Assembly: GCF_006345805.1 (NCBI RefSeq)
Contig: NW_021835580.1
Span: forward strand, 1 to 29,042
Reading direction: 5' to 3'
From: Octopus sinensis
Lineage: Eukaryota
Length of the DNA: 29,042 nucleotides
Below are positions 22,411 through 29,042 of the stretch, one piece after another. The notes under the pieces were generated by a model that worked only from the letters and a program-made list of their open reading frames with translations, had not been told where the DNA came from and ran no database searches. Made by a program: the position numbers and the translations under genes. Numbering within the stretch: position 1 is the stretch's first letter; every line of letters starts with the position of its first letter.

Positions 22411-22798
22411 GGACTATCGCTAATAACTCTACAACTCTCTTCAACTCAAATCCGTCTATTTTCAACGACACTTCTACCTAACGCAATCATAATCACCAAT
22501 ACTTCATCCCCCGAAATACCACTGGTACCAATACTACTATCTGTACTGGCATCGTAACGACATTCTTGGGTAGAATCTCGGCGCCGACGAAACCTAATTC
22601 GCTAATCTACCCCGAACGATTTACCGATCGGAAACTACTTTGGATAAGTCCCAGATGCCCTTGGTCCTACAGAGCTACCACGGGATGCTCCCAGTTTGCG
22701 ACAAAATCTACAGCAACAGTTTTCAGTCAGGAGTCTTTATGACTACTGAGGGGTCCATATAAGATTTTGCTATTAAAATAACGGCCTACAAAGAACAA

Positions 22799-22990
22799 AA
22801 AACGTGGTATGAGAAAACCCAAGCAGAAGTCAGCGAGAATGAAGATAGCGAAATCCTGTTGGATGGAATGATTCAGAGCGATCTTCTGGATCAGATCGGA
22901 AACTGGTCATTGTGGTGGTGGGGAAAAGGCAAAACAACATGCATGATAATCGATATAGCATAGCCAGACATACGAATACTTAGGAATCAA
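22799..22990 (+). pseudogene. Older R4/Dong-type RLE relic
   Basis: KTWYEKTQAEVSENEDSEILLDGMIQSD...(frameshifted IVVV)...KTTCMIIDIA*PD resembles WYEHxPxxVxENxxxKILWDxxIQTD...RPDIVVV...IIDIAVP. Confidence 0.65.
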
Positions 22991-23184
22991 TGAATATATT
23001 GCCCACTTGCAATATATATCGAGTACAGAGTGCACGGCATAATCAATTGGAGGAGGTGTTCCCCTGGGTTAAAATAGCAGTGTTCGCGGTTCTTAGGGAA
23101 AAACCGTGATTAGGGGGTGTTAAACATTACTTTATATATATTTATATATATGTGTGTGTGTATGTATATATGTATGTATGTATG

Positions 23185-23218
<34 letters not shown>

Positions 23219-23258
23219 TGTATGTATGTATGTATGTATGTATGTATGTATATGTATA

Positions 23259-23405
23259 TACGAGGGGTTACCCAAAAGAAACCGAATTTTGCAATATTAT
23301 TTTATTCACTTAGTCTTACATGTGTACGTTTTATCGCCTTCAAAGTATTCTCCATTTGAAGCAATGCATTGGTCCAGACGCGTTTTCCACTGTTCGAAGC
23401 AGTTA
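23259..23405 (-). mobile_element. Mariner 3' end fragment with terminal repeat
   Basis: The minus strand encodes CFEQWKTRLDQCIASNGEYFEGDK (mariner C-terminus); the terminus is TA|CGAGGGGTTACCCAAAAG. Confidence 0.82.
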
Positions 23406-23442
23406 GCCAGTTGAGATTTCAGCACCTGAGTACTGAGAAGCT

Positions 23443-23997
23443 TTAGTAAGAGACAAACGCGATAATGCTAATGGCATTACGCAAATCACCAGGTTTTGAG
23501 TAGCAAATGGAAATATTGCAAAATACATTCATGGAAGAATAAGCTTAATCGGAGTCCTTAACAATAGGAATGCTTCTGCACATTACGTCTCTACTTTTTG
23601 AAGCCGTCTTCAAAGGTGCGCTATAATACATGTGGTATATTCCAAGAGTCTTATCTACATAGGCAGGGAACTTTGTCTCATCTGTATCAGGTTATAAATG
23701 GTCAACAGGACCACACATCTCTGCATTAAGCAAACTGTTCCTACAGACATCAATCGAAGCGGTAAAGTCTGTCCAAATTCTTTAACCCAGGTAGTATCTT
23801 TTGTCTTTAACGACAAATATCGTTTTCCCGTCATGCATAAAGATAACTTCGCCATTGTCATTCATGGTGTAGTAAGTCTCAATAAAGTACAGATCACTGA
23901 TGAATCCTAATTTAGAAATGGAAGGATAAAGTTCGACAATATTGATTAAATTTATACTCACGTTACAAATAAAGAAACTGATTAAGATTATTACGAT
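23443..23997 (-). pseudogene. Unidentified decayed coding-like frame
   Basis: A single frame of ~185 codons has only 3 internal stops (23782-84, 23692-94, 23545-47); no family confidently recognised. Confidence 0.3.
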
Positions 23998-24623
23998 TTA
24001 AAGAAACTAATTACGATTAAAACTATTGTTCCATCATCAATTTTGTATTTAGTGGGTCGGGTCTTGTAATTAAACAGATCTTGCTCTTACCAACATTCAT
24101 TAATCTACATTTTGGATTAGAGACGAATTACTTGGAGTAATCTTGAAGGGTGATGTACGACTTTCGTTTAGCTATATATTCTAATCTAATATAGTGTTTT
24201 AGCTGGCTATAACATATGCATCATTATTTATGTAATTAGATACATGTAAATTGGGTTTTATATGGATTCTGGCAGCGTTATTAGATGAAAATTAATTGCT
24301 TGTGCTTACTTCATGTTTTTCGATTTCTCGGAGGATATGAATATCTTGTTATATTACTTAATATTCTTAATTGCAGGAATACTATTATCTTTACAAACGT
24401 TGTTGTACCTACGCAAAATTACCTTTCAGTTTATGATGTACAAAAGATAAAATTCGAAAGTTTTTAGGTTTCTTAAATCGTTGGATCAAGCAACAGGTTT
24501 TATACTGAGAGTCATTCGTTCTTGAAAATGGAAAAGTTTGATCATCTCATTCTATTTATAGAATTTACATTTTTTTTTAGGGATAACTTTACTGTAGTAC
24601 TTAGTTGATGTTACAATAAAATG

Positions 24624-24915
24624 ATAAACGTCGCCCTTTTCATGCCTAGCCATTTCCCGGTTTCTGTGGCGTATGTGCTTCCCCCAGCTGAACGGGACGC
24701 CAGTCCATCGCAGCGTTACTCAAGAAACAGAAAGAGGAGTGAGAGAAAGTGTAGCGAAAGAGTACAACAGGGGTCGTCACCACCCGCTGCCCGAGCATCG
24801 TGGAGCTTTTAGGTGTTTTCACTCAATAAACACACAACAACGCCCGGTCTGGGAATCGAAACCGCAATCCTCCGACCGCGAGTCTGCTGCCCTAACCACT
24901 GGGCCATTGCGCCTC
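24624..24915 (-). mobile_element. tRNA-derived SINE family B, variant middle domain
   Basis: Head GAGGCGCAATGGCCCAGTGGTTAGGGCAGC...GGTTTCGATTCCCAGACCGGGCG; the 3' module is shared with 4954-5062. Confidence 0.85.
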
Positions 24916-25632
24916 GACTGATGATACAATACTTTAATTAAATTTCTTTCTTCAGGAATTCAGAAAAATGGAGTGTTATTAAACTATACAATTATATTTG
25001 GATAATAAGGACAGCAAAATTAAATTCGATAAAGACAGGAAAACATCTTGAAAGATAAGCGGGACGAGAGCTTACCACTCCAGTAACACAGAAAATTCAT
25101 TGTCTACATGTCAGATCCAGAGATCCGAGATCTTCAAAAAATGCAGACGTTTCTGAAAATATTTTTAAGAAAATTAGTAAAACACAAGGTTACCATATCA
25201 AAGTGAAGTTGCCACGCAATCACGTATTTAAAAATAAATATACACACATCTATAAAAATATCTGATTATAAAAAGCAGATTATAATAAAATCTTTCTAGA
25301 TATAAAAAATAGACTTACATATCTTATTTTAGATAATTAATTGGCTTCTTAGAAACAAATTTCATATCCACTTATATTCTAAGCACATGAGAAACCATAA
25401 GTTGATATTATGAAACCATATTCTGTATTTTTCTTTGGTTTCAAATCCATCTGATAATTGTTTTACACAATGGATTTGATCTAGACAAGTGTGTATATTC
25501 CACTGCTGTTTATGTATATATATCTATTCTATACGTACATGTGAATGTGTGTATATTTTCGCCCACGCGTCGAAAATGAAGCATCACTGAAATATTTTGC
25601 AGATTTTTATGTATATGTTGATGTATGTATCT

Positions 25633-26030
25633 AGGCGCAGGAGTGGCTGTGTGGTAAGTAGCTTGCTAACCAACCACATGGCTCCGGGTCTAGTCCTACT
25701 GCGTGGCATCTTGGGCAAGTGTCTTCTGCTATAGCCCCGGGCCGACAAATGCCTTGTGAATGGATTTGGTAGATGGAAACTGAAAGAAGCCCGTCGTATA
25801 TATGTATATATATATATGTATGTGTGTGTTTGTGTGTCTGTGTTTGTCCCCCTAGCATTGCTTGACAACCGATGCTGGAGTGTTTACGTCCCCGCCACTT
25901 AGCGGTTCGACAAAAGAGACCGATAGAATAAGTACTGGGCTTACAAAGAATAAGTCCCGGGGTCGAGTTGCTCGATTAAAGGCGGTGCTCCAGCATGGCC
26001 GCAGTCAAATGACTGAAACAAGTAAAAGAG
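25633..26030 (+). mobile_element. Full-length tRNA-derived SINE family A
   Basis: A-box-like TGGCTGTGTGG, B-box-like GGTCTAGTCC, CORE-like CTTGGGCAAGTG, internal (TA)/(TG) microsatellite, and tail GACTGAAACAAGTAAAAGAG followed by short GAGTAA repeats. Confidence 0.92.
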
Positions 26031-26649
26031 TAATGAGTAAAAGAGTATGGATGTATATCTTACTTCGATTTCATTTCAAAGCGGTGTTTCGCTGAAGAGT
26101 AAATGTGAAAGAGAAGAATGAAAAAAAATGTGACTGAACGAACGTCGGGTCATGACATTATGGTGTAATTCTAAAAGTTAAGCAAAGCGGTTGAGATAAG
26201 TAACTGAATTCAAGAGAGAGAAATACGTTAAAAAATCATGTAGATCCGAATCCGTACAAAGCGTTTTATAACAATGGGTTGTTGAAACGGTGTCGCTGAG
26301 AATATGGCTGAGGAAGGGAGGGAAGGGGGAGGAAGAGAAGGTGGATCAGTGACAGCAACGGCAGCACACGGCAGCACAGAAAGAAGGATATACCGAGGGA
26401 GGGGGAAGAAGACGGGAGAGAGGAAGAGAGATAAGGAAATAAGGGGAGTGAAAGGGAATCTCAGTAATATATGACAGACATCGCTTATATGTGTGCATGT
26501 ATGCATAGATATATGTGTATGTGTTTCATATGTATATATAAATATATATATACGCACTCACATGTGAATGCGTTTGCGTTTGCATGTAGACTATATACAT
26601 GTGTGTCTTTATATGCGTATGGACATATATATATATGCATGCATGTCTA

Positions 26650-26699
26650 CATAATAATAATAATAATAATAAAATAATAATAATAATAATAATAATAAC

Positions 26700-26740
<41 letters not shown>

Positions 26741-26865
26741 GTAGAAGAAGAAGAAGAAGAAGAAGAAGAAGAGAAGAAGAAGATCAACAACAGCGATGAT
26801 GATTTTGATGATATAATAATAATAATAATAATAATAATATAATAATAATAATAATAATAATAATG

Positions 26866-26899
<34 letters not shown>

Positions 26900-26945
26900 T
26901 AATAATAATAAAGATGTTGATGCTGCTGCTGCTGATGATGATGAT
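26650..26945. repeat. (AAT)n-(GAA)n-(AAT)n compound array
   Basis: Direct inspection. Confidence 0.95.
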
Positions 26946-27853
26946 AATATGGGACAGCAAAAAAATGGAAGAAAATGCGAAAAAAAAAGGGATAAAAAGA
27001 GGTTAACATAAATATATAAAATGGACAAATGACGAAGACAATGAGAGAGATATTAGAGATATTAAACTTTGAATAGTTTTCTAGTGCTTTCTATTGAAAT
27101 AAATCGAACGAATCAATACCCCAACAATAGTTGCATTTTTCGTCCATAATTACATAATGCAACTTGCAATAATTGAGAGAATTAAATATGCATAAGAACT
27201 GTTGTTTAGTTGATATTATACACTTTCTGACGATAGCCGGTATTTATCGTTCTTCGTTGTGAATTTGGCGATACGAATGAACACAGCAACAATAATACGT
27301 TATGCGAGGAATTAAGCTTAGATTTTTTGCAGTTTTGCTTTTTGTTGCGTATTTAGTGCTCTAGCTACAAACTATATTAAAATCCCTTGTTTAGATATTT
27401 CTTTTAAATTCTTACATCAATCCACACGGAGAAACATTGTGTTGCCCTGATTACGTGATATACCTATATCAGGATATGAGACGTTTTGGCACAGCTGTTT
27501 TCGCACGGCCAATATAGCGTCGCTGATTCGACGTTGACTTATTTGACATCAGCCGTTTTTAATGTTTCTCCCTCCCCACTCTCTCTCTCTCTTCGTTTAT
27601 GTGTGTAAGCATATTTCACTTTATGTGTATGAAGAAAATGAAAACTTTTAGATCAATAATGTTATATCAATGTATTCGAATATCCTTCTTTCGCTTTCTC
27701 TCGCTTGCTGAATATGTATGTTTCTTCACATGCATGCGTATATGCGTGTGTATGTTTGCCTCCAGCACCAATACTTACTGTCACAATAACAAGAAGAATG
27801 TCTGCGTGTCAGTCTCACCCACCTTTTTAATTCCCCCTTATTCAGGTCCACCT

Positions 27854-27884
27854 CACTAACTCGCTTCTCTCTCCTCTTTTCAGA
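27854..27884 (+). other. Candidate spliceosomal 3' splice site
   Basis: Branch-like CACTAAC, a ~20 nt polypyrimidine tract, then CAG at 27882-27884. Confidence 0.35.
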
Positions 27885-27964
27885 CGTTGTGTATGAAGGT
27901 TTCACACTAAATTCACAGCCCTATCTACTCCCAATGTCTCCCTCTGGAGTTCTCCCTGTGCTCA

Positions 27965-28085
27965 TTTCCTGCAGGCGCAAATTTGCTGTTGTCCTGAGAG
28001 AACATTAACTGCGTTCATCAGTGGAATCGAACCTGGAACCACATTGTTATAAAACCAACTCCTAGAGTACACAACCATATATTTG
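27965..28085 (-). mobile_element. Decayed SINE head
   Basis: Reverse complement contains GTGGTTCCAGGTTCGATTCCACTG (B-box) in a SINE-A-like context. Confidence 0.5.
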
Positions 28086-28444
28086 AACACATCCGTACCC
28101 AGGTTGCTTGCTACTTTATGAATTTTTATATCCTACACTGTTTGATTAAATTTAATCTATGATTACATGTAACGCAATTTGTATTGTGTTTTACTGTGTT
28201 CCTGGAAATTCTTTCATCAATTTTATGCTGGATATTAATTTGATTTTCCTAATAAGCTATGAATGAGTTTCATTAGTGTTAGGAGAGAACGTGTTACATA
28301 TATTCCCAGGATGAAAAGACGTGATTTTTCGCTACAACTTTCGAAACGAGTTCATTGTTACTCGGCTTTTGTTTCATACATGTCATTTCCTTTTAGGTAA
28401 AGTGTAAAGCCGGATAATATTACCTGCGCCCTTCCGAACGGAGA

Positions 28445-28817
28445 CACAAATAATATATATTAATATATATATATATATAATAATATAATATGTGTGTGTG
28501 CTGTGTGTGGTGTGTGTGAGTGTGTGTGGTGTGTGTGTATGTATGTACTGTAACCTATATATATATGTATATGTAAACATATACGTATATATGTATATAG
28601 TGTCTTGTGTGTGTGCTATATATGTATGCATGTAGTTGTATACATATGTATATATGTGTGTGTGTGGTTATGTTGTGTGTATGTATCGGGGTGTGTATAA
28701 AAATAAATATATATATACATATATATATATACAGATATATAATATCGATATACATATATATATATATATCTATATATATGTATATATAATATATGTATAT
28801 ATAGACATGTATCATGC

Positions 28818-28855
<38 letters not shown>

Positions 28856-28885
28856 TATAGTTTATACACACACACGCACACATGC
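28445..28885. repeat. Compound (TA)n/(TG)n microsatellite field
   Basis: Direct inspection. Confidence 0.9.
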
Positions 28886-29042
28886 ATACGGCCAAGTGCG
28901 CGCGGGCGTGTATTCGTGTCTGTGTGGTATTTATTGGTTTAGGTGCGAAAACGTTAATGTGTTTTAAAGATACACAACAAAGCGGAGAGAGGTTGGTAGA
29001 TTTGCTTATTTATATTTATAACATTCCGTTAAACCGTATCAT

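Noticed and set aside
21786-22423. Gly/Asp/His/Thr-rich ORFs resembling low-complexity proteins
   Set aside because: Open in many frames on both strands because of degenerate CAC/CAT repeats; no splice or domain support.
24840-24915. tRNA gene (also the heads at 4813, 12298 and 25633)
   Set aside because: These tRNA-like heads lack a complete cloverleaf or acceptor stem and continue into SINE bodies.
24956-25006. TTTCTTTCTTCAG followed by GIQKNGVLLNYTIIFG, resembling an FN3 strand
   Set aside because: An in-frame stop follows with no usable donor before it; likely coincidence.
26300-26465. Purine-rich tract as a promoter, G-quadruplex or exon
   Set aside because: Low-complexity GA-rich sequence without regular G-tracts or recognisable coding signal.

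Overview
AT-rich eukaryotic non-coding DNA (intergenic or inside a large intron), full of (TA)n, (TACA)n, (TCTA)n, (CA)n and (TAA/CAA)n microsatellites. No intact protein-coding gene is visible, and nearly all ORFs in the supplied track are microsatellite translation artefacts. The repeat families and microsatellite density resemble an octopus (coleoid cephalopod) genome; this is inference from pattern recognition, not a database result. Recognisable parts: at least three tRNA-derived SINE families, two mariner (DD34D-type) relics and one maT/DD37D-like relic, two or three R4/Dong-type restriction-like-endonuclease LINE relics (one embedded in a TAA array), a LINE 3' end that shares its tail with a SINE, and a very decayed Penelope-like RT. 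The main finding is a family of ~160-250 bp elements inserted at (TA)n sites (5 loci, 6 motifs). Each carries a minimal type I hammerhead-ribozyme fold (helix I - CUGANGA-like core - helix II - GAAAC - GUH), with compensatory helix I changes and one tandem pair. All coordinates and identities were read by hand and are approximate.
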